Positions 50,473-59,097 of a stretch of DNA of 64,000 nucleotides are shown piece after piece (position 1 is the stretch's first letter; every line of letters begins with the position of its first letter). The DNA lies in IMG/VR virus record IMGVR_UViG_3300026518_000008, positions 1 through 64,000 of that record; one strand, 5' to 3'. A model generated the notes under the pieces. It was not told where the DNA came from, made no database searches, and was given only the letters and a program-made list of their open reading frames with translations. A program made the translations under genes and the position numbers. Source of the stretch: a virus.

Positions 50473-51617
50473 TATCATTTCAAAAACAAACAAGCACAAT
50501 AGATCATGCTATCAAAAACACTGTTTTGGCTAAGTTAAATAGTGTTTTAGAGACATCTATGTCACATACAAATCCAGATTTATATAATCCATCATCTAGT
50601 CTTGGCAAATCATTGTATCCAGTAGATATGACGCATGGACTTAGTACAGAAATAGGAATGTGGAGCAATTCCATGAAAGACGAGAGTTCTGTGCTTATTG
50701 ATGCTATTGGTTCGGATACATTATCTTTTGGACCGGTTACACTGAGCGAGGGATTGTCATTGATAAAAAATGAAATTACTTCTGGAACTTTCTATGGTGT
50801 AGTAGCTGTTAATAGCTTGACAAATGAACGAATAAATCCACTACATCCACTGATTGCTAAAGAGATATCTGAGAACTGGGATATTTACAAGGATCAGAAG
50901 TTTAATTTTTATATCTTTTCTGGAAATTGGAGGGGAGACCCAGATGCTGACCTTGAGTTATACACAAATAGTATAGTGCAGCTTTTATCAGAATACGGAG
51001 AAAGACAACTAATTTCATATGTTTCATCTACACTTGCCGTTGTTAATAATGACATAGAGATACCTATAACATCAGATGAAAACGTTCAAGAAATATTGTA
51101 TAACTACATGGACGGAAAAAGCATAGAATTAGTAGATTCTACATTATTAAAATTACCGAATGGAAATTCGCCATATTTTATTGTACCAGTGCAAATTGTT
51201 AGCGACGGAATTGCTTATCCTTACTATGGAACTTCATTGTTGCAGCAAGACATTCGCAATAGTGAGGATAGTGAAACAGAAGATCTATGGGGTACAGATT
51301 TGTCACCTATGGGATCTGCAAATATTGGAAATAATACAACTAATCCGACAGCATCTGAATTTTTCTCTGTATGTACTGGAGGACATGGCGTCGACGATTA
51401 TGGTATGGCTACTATAAATCAGAGCAATCTTCAGTCTCCTATGAATTCTGAATGTTTATCTCCAGAATGGAGAGAATATGTAGCAGCTTGTCTCAACATT
51501 AGCTATGAGATATTTGACTCATTACTAGATTCCACTCCACAAAAAATACTTACTAGAGCAGATTTTGATACTATACCAGAATGGTTAGAACATTTATCTA
51601 CATTACATTTACATTAA
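50469..51617 (+). CDS. prokaryotic E2-like conjugating enzyme
   Basis: SANI...SVCTG then NLQSPMN resemble UBC HPNI...C and NxxSPxN; between E1 and JAB. Confidence 0.55.
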   Translation: MISFQKQTSTIDHAIKNTVLAKLNSVLETSMSHTNPDLYNPSSSLGKSLYPVDMTHGLSTEIGMWSNSMKDESSVLIDAIGSDTLSFGPVTLSEGLSLIKNEITSGTFYGVVAVNSLTNERINPLHPLIAKEISENWDIYKDQKFNFYIFSGNWRGDPDADLELYTNSIVQLLSEYGERQLISYVSSTLAVVNNDIEIPITSDENVQEILYNYMDGKSIELVDSTLLKLPNGNSPYFIVPVQIVSDGIAYPYYGTSLLQQDIRNSEDSETEDLWGTDLSPMGSANIGNNTTNPTASEFFSVCTGGHGVDDYGMATINQSNLQSPMNSECLSPEWREYVAACLNISYEIFDSLLDSTPQKILTRADFDTIPEWLEHLSTLHLH

Positions 51618-51629
51618 AGGATTGTACAC

Positions 51630-52913
51630 ATGGCTTATCATATAAATACATCTAGACACAACGCTACTCCAACTCAGAAGAATGCATCAGTTTGCTCTGT
51701 ACCAAAGTATGACTTTGTAGGAAAAATTCACACCACATCTACTGGTGATCTTTTTGGAGTGCTTTTACTACAGCAGGAAACTCTTGACGAGATATTCGAG
51801 CAGAGCGGACCACTTGCTGTATCGAATGAATTTCAGTTCCACTATACATCATTAGTTGGGAAACTTCAGAACCAGGGGCAGGAGCTCTATATTAGTATTC
51901 CACTTGTATGTTACAACTACAAACAGACGGTATCTGGAGCTCACATTGGATTCAACCTTGAGGACACTGAGACTATGTCAGATGATACTCTTGAGATCGC
52001 ACAGATGAAGGCTGCAGAATTTCTTAGTACAGATACTCGTACTCAGATAGAGTCTATCTTTGGAGAACTTGATTGGCATGTTGCTACACTACAGACTATG
52101 CACAGACATCCAGGAGGTTCATCTCAGGGATTCTCAAGTACAGATCTTATGACAGATCCAGACAGAGCTGGAATTGTATTTCCACTTAATGAGTCTATTG
52201 AGAAATCTATCAGTTTTTCATCTATTATGTATGTGCAGAATGGATCGTGTAGACTTGCTCATACTGAGGTTCGTACTGCACTTGGTTCAGCTTCAGAGAA
52301 GAGTGGAATACTATACAGCAATGGTAGATCTATTACTATTGTTGCTGGATATGATTCTACGCCTACAGAGCTTGATACTATGTTTGGCATACCTGGATAC
52401 ACATCTACAGATACTGTATATTTTGATGACATGCCTACCACTACAGATATACCTCAGCAACTTACATCTATAATGAGAGAGTCCTCTTTTAGGCCAGAGA
52501 TATTTATTGATGAAAATCATTTATCCACTGAGACTACTTACTATGGGAAGCAGAGAAAACCTTTGATTAAACAATCAGAATTTACAAAATCCACAGATAG
52601 CTTTCAAAATACTAACCAGCTGAGCTTATTTAGTAGAGGACTTGAAGATGACATCGTATTTGATCAAGATGAATTATATGAAGATTATATAGATCCATTA
52701 GATCAGGATTCATCTGGAATGTATACACAAAATCCATTTGAGCTTGATCATATGGACAGAGAGATACTTACAGATGCACTTAGAGATGAACTTGCAGATA
52801 TTACATATTGCGGAACCAAGAGTCATGTTTTCACAGAACGAGAGATTGCTCTCAAGCCTGAACATGAGATCTGGAGATTATCCAGAACTCACAAATTACT
52901 AAAACCACTATAG
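51630..52913 (+). CDS. JAB/MPN+ metallopeptidase
   Basis: NEFQ...QTVSGA...MHRHPGGSSQGFSSTD (E...HxH-x8-SxxD). Confidence 0.8.
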   Translation: MAYHINTSRHNATPTQKNASVCSVPKYDFVGKIHTTSTGDLFGVLLLQQETLDEIFEQSGPLAVSNEFQFHYTSLVGKLQNQGQELYISIPLVCYNYKQTVSGAHIGFNLEDTETMSDDTLEIAQMKAAEFLSTDTRTQIESIFGELDWHVATLQTMHRHPGGSSQGFSSTDLMTDPDRAGIVFPLNESIEKSISFSSIMYVQNGSCRLAHTEVRTALGSASEKSGILYSNGRSITIVAGYDSTPTELDTMFGIPGYTSTDTVYFDDMPTTTDIPQQLTSIMRESSFRPEIFIDENHLSTETTYYGKQRKPLIKQSEFTKSTDSFQNTNQLSLFSRGLEDDIVFDQDELYEDYIDPLDQDSSGMYTQNPFELDHMDREILTDALRDELADITYCGTKSHVFTEREIALKPEHEIWRLSRTHKLLKPL

Positions 52914-52923
52914 GACATATATT

Positions 52924-53814
52924 ATGGCTACAACATTTCAAACATTGTATGGTTCAGATGATTTGTTTTTTACACCAGAACACCAATTTGGTATACGACG
53001 TTCAGAATTAGCTGATGCAACATCTAATTCTGATACAACTACAGAAAATACATCTATTCCTGACCCAATTGATACTAACCAATCAGAACCAGGTGAGATG
53101 ATTCCGTATGACACTTCACGAGATATTACATCATTGATTACAGAATTTCATGATCATCATGACAGGCTAGAAGGTGATGCATATGTATTTGATGCAGAGA
53201 TGCTATCAAATACTAGACTCCAGAATTTCCTTATGACTATTGATCATAGGGCTAGACCAGAACAGAGAAAGATTACTATGCCAGATATGAGCAGAATTAT
53301 TGAGCATGGGCTATCTATGATTGTAGATGGATATGATCAACTTGAGTATAGAGACTGTTCTAAAGTATTTCATTTTAATAACGGAGATGTACTGCTCAGA
53401 GTATCTGGATTCATCAATAGAGCTACTGAAACTATTGAAATTATTCGTTATACGAAGAAATTCAAAGTAGACCGCATGATTGATGATGTCCAGGCAAGAC
53501 GAGTATTTGATTATTCGTTATATGCATCAGCATTTCTACTAGCATCAAGATATCCAGCTATTGGAACTATGATTAAAACAATTCATGAGCATTTTGGTGA
53601 ATTTCATATCACTGAGCATTTCCCGTATATATCCAGCAATAATACTATTGAGTCAATACTTGAGGCATATATATCTGATATCAATTCTGGAGAATTGCCA
53701 CCAGAGTGCGAGGACAAATGGACCACTCGGGCTGGAGTTAATTCTCGTTGTGAGAAATATTGTTCAGTTAAAGATATTTGTCCATTTTACACTCCTACTC
53801 ACGCTGGTTCTTAG
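52924..53814 (+). CDS. Cas4/PD-(D/E)XK-like protein with C-terminal Cys cluster, catalytic motif degenerate
   Basis: LPPEC...RCEKYCSVKDICPF. Confidence 0.5.
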   Translation: MATTFQTLYGSDDLFFTPEHQFGIRRSELADATSNSDTTTENTSIPDPIDTNQSEPGEMIPYDTSRDITSLITEFHDHHDRLEGDAYVFDAEMLSNTRLQNFLMTIDHRARPEQRKITMPDMSRIIEHGLSMIVDGYDQLEYRDCSKVFHFNNGDVLLRVSGFINRATETIEIIRYTKKFKVDRMIDDVQARRVFDYSLYASAFLLASRYPAIGTMIKTIHEHFGEFHITEHFPYISSNNTIESILEAYISDINSGELPPECEDKWTTRAGVNSRCEKYCSVKDICPFYTPTHAGS

Positions 53815-53820
53815 ATAGTA

Positions 53821-54256
53821 CAGCTGGGTGTCGTTTCAGTCGACTTCTTAAGTAGAAAGTGTTCTCCCCAGCACATGTATTAATTCATTTGCGAGATAAT
53901 ATTCGTATCCTGCTTAGTGTGCGTGGTAGATACACAGAGCATTTTTCCATTTGGCAACTATTTACCATTTGGAAGAACACTACAGAACCAGAGTGATGAT
54001 CATCCCACAGAGAACTCATAGGAGTTTTGTTTGGGTCGATTCATATCAGTCCCTCTAACCTTAGACAGGAAGAGAAAAGAATATGCGTGTTTAGTATCAG
54101 AATTTATGCGTTAAGAAAACTGAGATGTTAATTTGTGATATTGAGTTGTAACTGCAAAACAAAAATATTAATTGGGAATATTTATATTACTAGAACGAGT
54201 CAGTGTGGCATTGCGTCTACACATACAATTCTAGTCTCCAGAAAGATGCCCAGCTG
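53821..54256 (+). ncRNA. candidate large structured ncRNA (~435 nt)
   Basis: ends pair (CAGCTGGGTGTC-G-TTTC / GAAAGATGCCCAGCTG); several internal stems; no ORF. Confidence 0.6.
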
Positions 54257-54314
54257 GAGTAGCGATATGAGTCTATTTATATATACTTAGTATTCGCTAT
54301 ATATTTTTATATAT

Positions 54315-54392
54315 GTCTCAGCTAAACCCACACCTTATTTAAACATAGGATGGATAGCTTACTGGCAGTGCAAGTCTGTCCTGAGTACACCA
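54315..54392 (+). ncRNA. tRNA-like element without D arm
   Basis: GTCTCAG/CTGAG(T)AC acceptor, GGCAG-TGCAAGT-CTGTC T arm, ACCA end. Confidence 0.5.
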
Positions 54393-54546
54393 AAGTCTTA
54401 ATATATAATCTATTCTTGCAGAATACAGATACAACTAAACTGATTATATTTGTGGTAGTAGTATGCCGTGAGAATATAAAATATTGCCAATATTAATACT
54501 GCTATTAAGTTTTTAGTGTAACAACACGCCTATAACTATAGAACAT

Positions 54547-54656
54547 GAATCATTAGCTTACACATTGGTAAATCGGATCGGTATTTGTGGAACCAAGATT
54601 TCCTAAGGAGTGCATCCTTGTAGTTAAGACACTGGTTCGAGTCCAGTATGGTTCTC
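54547..54656 (+). ncRNA. enlarged tRNA-like element (His GTG-like loop)
   Basis: GAATCAT/ATGGTTC acceptor, ACTGG-TTCGAGT-CCAGT, extended anticodon arm, extra arm AAGGA-GTGCA-TCCTT, no encoded CCA. Confidence 0.55.
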
Positions 54657-54670
54657 TATAAACACTTTAT

Positions 54671-54702
54671 GTACCATTAGCTCAGTCTGGTAGAGCACTG
54701 TT
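54671..54702 (+). ncRNA. orphan tRNA 5' half
   Basis: GTACCAT-TA-GCTC-AGTCTGGTA-GAGC-A; does not pair with the adjacent CGGGCCC 3' end. Confidence 0.65.
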
Positions 54703-54709
54703 TCTATTA

Positions 54710-54869
54710 GTATAGAACGACGGTTCGAATCCGTCCGGGCCCACCATATGTGCCATTAAATTTGTATCGGTAGCATTATACGCGAGATAATTCGCAAAGG
54801 ACCAGAGTTCAATTCTCTGGATGGCACACCACATTAGGGCCCGTAGCATGAGCGGTTCATGCACTATAC
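54710..54869 (+). tRNA. circularly permuted tRNA-like gene 1 (3' half 54710-54746, 5' half 54837-54869)
   Basis: CGGGCCC-ACCA pairs 7/7 with downstream GGGCCCG; GTATAG pairs 6/6 with downstream CTATAC. Confidence 0.75.
54750..54831 (+). ncRNA. tRNA-like element nested in the linker of permuted gene 1
   Basis: GTGCCAT/ATGGCAC-ACCA, CAGAG-TTCAATT-CTCTG, non-canonical D and anticodon arms. Confidence 0.6.
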
Positions 54870-54925
54870 ATAATTTATTTTAAAAACCAGTGACTAGTAT
54901 ATACAATAGACTTAGCACCATAACC

Positions 54926-55005
54926 AAGTTTTAGGTCGGAAGTTCGAGTCTTCCATCGGGCGCCATTTATATGCCCGATTAGCTCAGTTGGTAGAGCAGA
55001 AATTT
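54926..55005 (+). tRNA. circularly permuted tRNA-like gene 2 (3' half 54926-54965, 5' half 54973-55005)
   Basis: ATCGGGC-GCCA, linker TTTATAT, GCCCGAT (7/7); canonical T and D arms; AAGTTTT pairs GAAATTT. Confidence 0.8.
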
Positions 55006-55015
55006 AAACATGAAT

Positions 55016-55058
55016 TACAGGGACAAATACGGTATATTTTGTCCCTGTACCTTTTTTT
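55016..55058 (+). terminator. intrinsic terminator closing the RNA locus
   Basis: TACAGGGACAAA/TTTGTCCCTGTA 12-bp stem, CC, T7. Confidence 0.75.
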
Positions 55059-55111
55059 AGAGAACTCACGGAGTTTTCTCAAATTAGGTACAGCACAATA
55101 AAGGAATTAGA

Positions 55112-56404
55112 ATGAGACAAGATATAGAGGAACGCATTAATGCTACTAAAGTTCCATACAAAATATATGCAGAGTTTGTCGAAGACAAAGCTGCAGAACA
55201 ATTTGCAAATTGCCTAGAGCAGGAGTCTGTAGTGCAAGGAGCTCTCATGCCAGACACACATGCCGGTTACGTTGCACCTATCGGTTCTGTACTAGCTACA
55301 AATGGTACTATTTTCCCATCTTTCGTTGGATACGACATCGGATGCGGCATGAGCTCTATCCGTACTAATATCCAATACAAATCAGTCTCAACAGAACAAC
55401 TAGAGGCTATTAAAAATCAGATTCTTAGAGATATTCCTATTGGTTTTGAGAGACATTCTAAACCTAAGACACATATCGTAGAAAGATTTCCTATGACACC
55501 TTTTGCAAAGGACGTGTTACGCACCACTGGTTCTTATCAGTTAGGCACACTTGGCGGAGGGAATCATTTCCTTGAAATAGGATATGACAATGACGAATAT
55601 TTAAATATAGTTGTTCACTCAGGTTCGCGTGGTGTTGGACATAAAATTGCCACTAAATATATGAAAGAGGCTGCAATTCAATCAGTAGACGAATCTAGAT
55701 ATAGAAAAGAATTTGATGAGAAAAATAAAGCTTGGCTAAATAAAATTTTAAACAGCAAATCATCTCCAGCTAATGACAAATTACAGGATAGATACGACAA
55801 AGCTAAAACTGAATTTACTTATCGTCGCACCAGAGCTAGAGTATCGAATATTGAGGATGCGTATCCATTAGATAACACATCAGAACCAGGGATGGGATAC
55901 ATGCAGGATATGAACATGGCATTGGAATTTGCTTTAGAGAATAGAGAGCTAATGATAGGTAGATCAGTAGCTGCTATTGCTAAAGTTCTTGGCCAGGATA
56001 TTTCTACTTCTCGCTTTATCAATCGAAATCATAACCATGCAGAACTAGTAGATGGTAGATGGATACATCGCAAGGGAGCCACTCAGGCTGCAGATGGTAT
56101 GATTGGAGTTATACCAGGAAACATGGTAGATGGCTCGTTCATAGTTAGATGTAGAGGTAGCTCAGATTCTATGAATTCATCATCTCATGGAGCAGGTAGA
56201 GTTTTATCTAGACGAAAAGCCAAGGATACTCTTGACCTAGAGGAGTTTATTTCTAGCACAGCTCACCTAATAGCGAACCATTCTGATTCAAACCTAGACG
56301 AATCTCCACTTGCATACAAAAATATTTTTGATGTAATGGAACAGCAGTCAGACTTGGTTAAGACACTAGACAGAATTGTACCAATTATAAACATTAAAGG
56401 GTGA
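55112..56404 (+). CDS. rtcB: RtcB RNA 3'-phosphate/5'-OH ligase
   Basis: MPDTHAG, VGYDIGCGM, LGTLGGGNHFLE, HSGSRG, HNH, HRKGAT, HGAGR, DESPLAYK. Confidence 0.96.
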   Translation: MRQDIEERINATKVPYKIYAEFVEDKAAEQFANCLEQESVVQGALMPDTHAGYVAPIGSVLATNGTIFPSFVGYDIGCGMSSIRTNIQYKSVSTEQLEAIKNQILRDIPIGFERHSKPKTHIVERFPMTPFAKDVLRTTGSYQLGTLGGGNHFLEIGYDNDEYLNIVVHSGSRGVGHKIATKYMKEAAIQSVDESRYRKEFDEKNKAWLNKILNSKSSPANDKLQDRYDKAKTEFTYRRTRARVSNIEDAYPLDNTSEPGMGYMQDMNMALEFALENRELMIGRSVAAIAKVLGQDISTSRFINRNHNHAELVDGRWIHRKGATQAADGMIGVIPGNMVDGSFIVRCRGSSDSMNSSSHGAGRVLSRRKAKDTLDLEEFISSTAHLIANHSDSNLDESPLAYKNIFDVMEQQSDLVKTLDRIVPIINIKG

Positions 56405-56408
56405 AATT

Positions 56409-58466
56409 ATGATAGACAACAGAATAGAAACAATTACACATACGAACGCACCAATCCAGGATTTTAGTATAGCAATGAACGCAAGCATGTTTCAGATGTT
56501 AACAAAAAATGTTTACACCAATGTTATTGCTGCAGTAATCAGAGAATGGAGCACCAATGCTATTGACGCATGTATTGCAGCTGGAGTTTCACCACGATTT
56601 GATGTACATCTTCCTACGATAGCATCACAAGTTTTTTCAGTTAGAGATTTTGGTACTGGTCTATCATCAGATGATGTACACGGACTGTTTTCAGCTCTTG
56701 GAGCATCTACAAAACGTGAGTCAAATCAATATAACGGTACTTTTGGAATTGGCCGTATGGCTGGACTAGCATACACTGATATGTTTACTATTGAATCATT
56801 TTTCAATGGAACATTATCTACATATGTTGTATCTATACAAGATGGAATTCCGAATATGATATCTATCAATGATACAGATACAGATCTTCCAAATGGAATG
56901 AGATTATCTATTGATGTTAGAGAGTATGATATAGATAGGTTTACTAGTGAAGCTAGAGATATATATCAGTATTTTGACACTAGACCAGATACGAATATCC
57001 AGCTTGAATATCAAGATTATTCATCAAATCTATCAGGAGATGGATGGTACATTATTAATACAAACGTTAGAAATTACAATCTTAATTTAGTTATGGGAAA
57101 TGTTTTATATACTGTATCAACATCGCAACTTAATAAAGAAGCTAGAGATGTTCTTGAAATACATGGCTTAGTGCTAGATGTACCTATTGGATCCGTATCT
57201 ATTACTCCTGGTAGAGAATCGTTGAATCTTGATAATACTACTATTACATATTTAAACAATAGTTGCAAACATGTAATAGATCAATACGAAGAACAGTTGA
57301 CTAATTTAATATGCAGTTTCGACAAAGACTTTGACAAAATTATTGCATATAGCAAATATATAACAAGGCTTGGATGGAACTTGCAAAATAGATTTAAAAA
57401 TATTAGTATAGACTACAGCACACTCTATGTTAAAAACAACTGTTTGCGTTCAATAAATATGGAAGTAGGTGTGTATTATTTTAAAAATGGATTTAAGAAT
57501 ATTAAATCAGTAAATGAATATATACACATAACGAATAGCACTATATTCTGCATTGCAGATACAAGAATACATATTGTTGAATCTATTAAAAAATATCTAT
57601 TAGAAACAAATAATAATTTTGTAGATGTATATATAGTAAAGCCAAATAGGTGGAGTAGTGATCCAGAGGACATTAAGTCTCATGTTCAATCATCTATAGA
57701 ATTATTTGATGAAATTGGAATAAAGAATTACTTTAAAACATCTGACTACTCAGTGGAGAATATACAACGCAAGAAGTCAGGTAAAATTTCAACTATAGAT
57801 TTCATGTTTGAAAACAAATATGATACAGAACCTATATCTAAAAAAGGAGTAGAGATATTATCTATAGATACTGGACCATTCTATTATATAGAAACTTCTG
57901 GATTTAAACCTATTAGTATGACTCCAGATGAATTATCATTGCATATGAGAGCTGCTAAATTTTATGATAACATAAATTCTACAAATACACGAATAGTTGG
58001 TGTGCCAAAATCAGCATTACGAAATACTGTTGATGACGATAGATTCATTCCATTGGCTGGAGCACTTGATGATATATTTTCAGAAATGACTATGCCTAAA
58101 TATTTTAACGATATTGGACATGAGAATTCGTTTATCCTATATGATAACAGAATACATAGATATACAAATCTAAATTTGCCAGATGAACTTATTGAGTTTA
58201 TTACTGAGCACAAAAAATTCTTTGAACAAAACAGACAATGTATATTACCTGCAAATGCTGTTGGGATTAAGGATAGATTTGGATGCAATGTATCATCTCC
58301 TAATTCTAAGTTGTCACTTGAGGACGTGATGGAGAAATATCCATTATTTATGTATATACTTGATACATTCTATAGAGATGGTTTGTATTTATCTATGGAA
58401 CAGATAGAAAACTATGTACAGACTATATATGAAGCAGGAGACGAAGATGAGCAAAATGACCAATAA
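56409..58466 (+). CDS. rIIA: rIIA-like protein (GHKL ATPase N-terminus)
   Basis: IREWSTNAIDA, VRDFGTGL, STKRESN...GTFGIG, SITPGRESL. Confidence 0.85.
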   Translation: MIDNRIETITHTNAPIQDFSIAMNASMFQMLTKNVYTNVIAAVIREWSTNAIDACIAAGVSPRFDVHLPTIASQVFSVRDFGTGLSSDDVHGLFSALGASTKRESNQYNGTFGIGRMAGLAYTDMFTIESFFNGTLSTYVVSIQDGIPNMISINDTDTDLPNGMRLSIDVREYDIDRFTSEARDIYQYFDTRPDTNIQLEYQDYSSNLSGDGWYIINTNVRNYNLNLVMGNVLYTVSTSQLNKEARDVLEIHGLVLDVPIGSVSITPGRESLNLDNTTITYLNNSCKHVIDQYEEQLTNLICSFDKDFDKIIAYSKYITRLGWNLQNRFKNISIDYSTLYVKNNCLRSINMEVGVYYFKNGFKNIKSVNEYIHITNSTIFCIADTRIHIVESIKKYLLETNNNFVDVYIVKPNRWSSDPEDIKSHVQSSIELFDEIGIKNYFKTSDYSVENIQRKKSGKISTIDFMFENKYDTEPISKKGVEILSIDTGPFYYIETSGFKPISMTPDELSLHMRAAKFYDNINSTNTRIVGVPKSALRNTVDDDRFIPLAGALDDIFSEMTMPKYFNDIGHENSFILYDNRIHRYTNLNLPDELIEFITEHKKFFEQNRQCILPANAVGIKDRFGCNVSSPNSKLSLEDVMEKYPLFMYILDTFYRDGLYLSMEQIENYVQTIYEAGDEDEQNDQ

Positions 58467-59097
58467 AATTAGGGTTAAATTTACATTATCTAGCAATAAT
58501 GTTATTGTATTCATTGACGGAACTAAATTTTATTCAGATACATCACATAACAATTTCAAAAATATAACAGAGCTACTGTCAGACTGGAGAGAGACTAAAA
58601 AAAAAGTCAGTAAACTTAGATCATTATTTATTGTTCCAGAGGATGTATCTAGATATATTGGTACGGAATTACAATTAGATCACCTTATGAATCTTATTTT
58701 TAGAGGAATTGTTCTTCCACAATATTTTTATAAACTTGTACTGTATATGATTGCAAATGATTTTGATATTGGTATACTCATTAGATTACTTAACAATATA
58801 TGGATATCAGATGCAGACACACACATTGTGTTACAGTTTATAGATAGAAGACATATGGCAATTACGCCAGATGGATGTTTTCTTGAAAAAACACATAATG
58901 GAAAAAATATGATTGTAGAAAAAATAAATCCATTAGATATTACACGATGTAATAGAGAAATATTAGAAGCATCAAGCACGCAGTTTATTGCTTGTTGTGA
59001 ATCATACGACGATATAGACATTTATAACAAACCATCAGTTATTATTGATGACAACTATGATAATTTATACAAAATTTACACAGGAGATATATTATGA
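58447..59097 (+). CDS. rIIB: rIIB-like protein
   Basis: follows rIIA; LIRLLNNI...FI....MAITPDGCFL. Confidence 0.65.
   Translation: MSKMTNKIRVKFTLSSNNVIVFIDGTKFYSDTSHNNFKNITELLSDWRETKKKVSKLRSLFIVPEDVSRYIGTELQLDHLMNLIFRGIVLPQYFYKLVLYMIANDFDIGILIRLLNNIWISDADTHIVLQFIDRRHMAITPDGCFLEKTHNGKNMIVEKINPLDITRCNREILEASSTQFIACCESYDDIDIYNKPSVIIDDNYDNLYKIYTGDIL

Noticed and set aside
53821-54256. RNase P RNA or tmRNA
   Set aside because: No GAGGAAAGUCC / P4 consensus, no tRNA-Ala-like ends or tag reading frame recognised
54671-54746. Apparent ordinary tRNA (D arm, T arm, ACCA in normal order)
   Set aside because: GTACCAT pairs with CGGGCCC at only 3 of 7 positions and there is no 7-nt anticodon loop; the 3' end matches the downstream GGGCCCG instead
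54837-54965. Intron-containing tRNA (5' GGGCCCG to 3' GCCA)
   Set aside because: Pairing needs a shifted register that consumes the NCCA end; each half has a perfect partner in the permuted arrangement; no group I or BHB features seen
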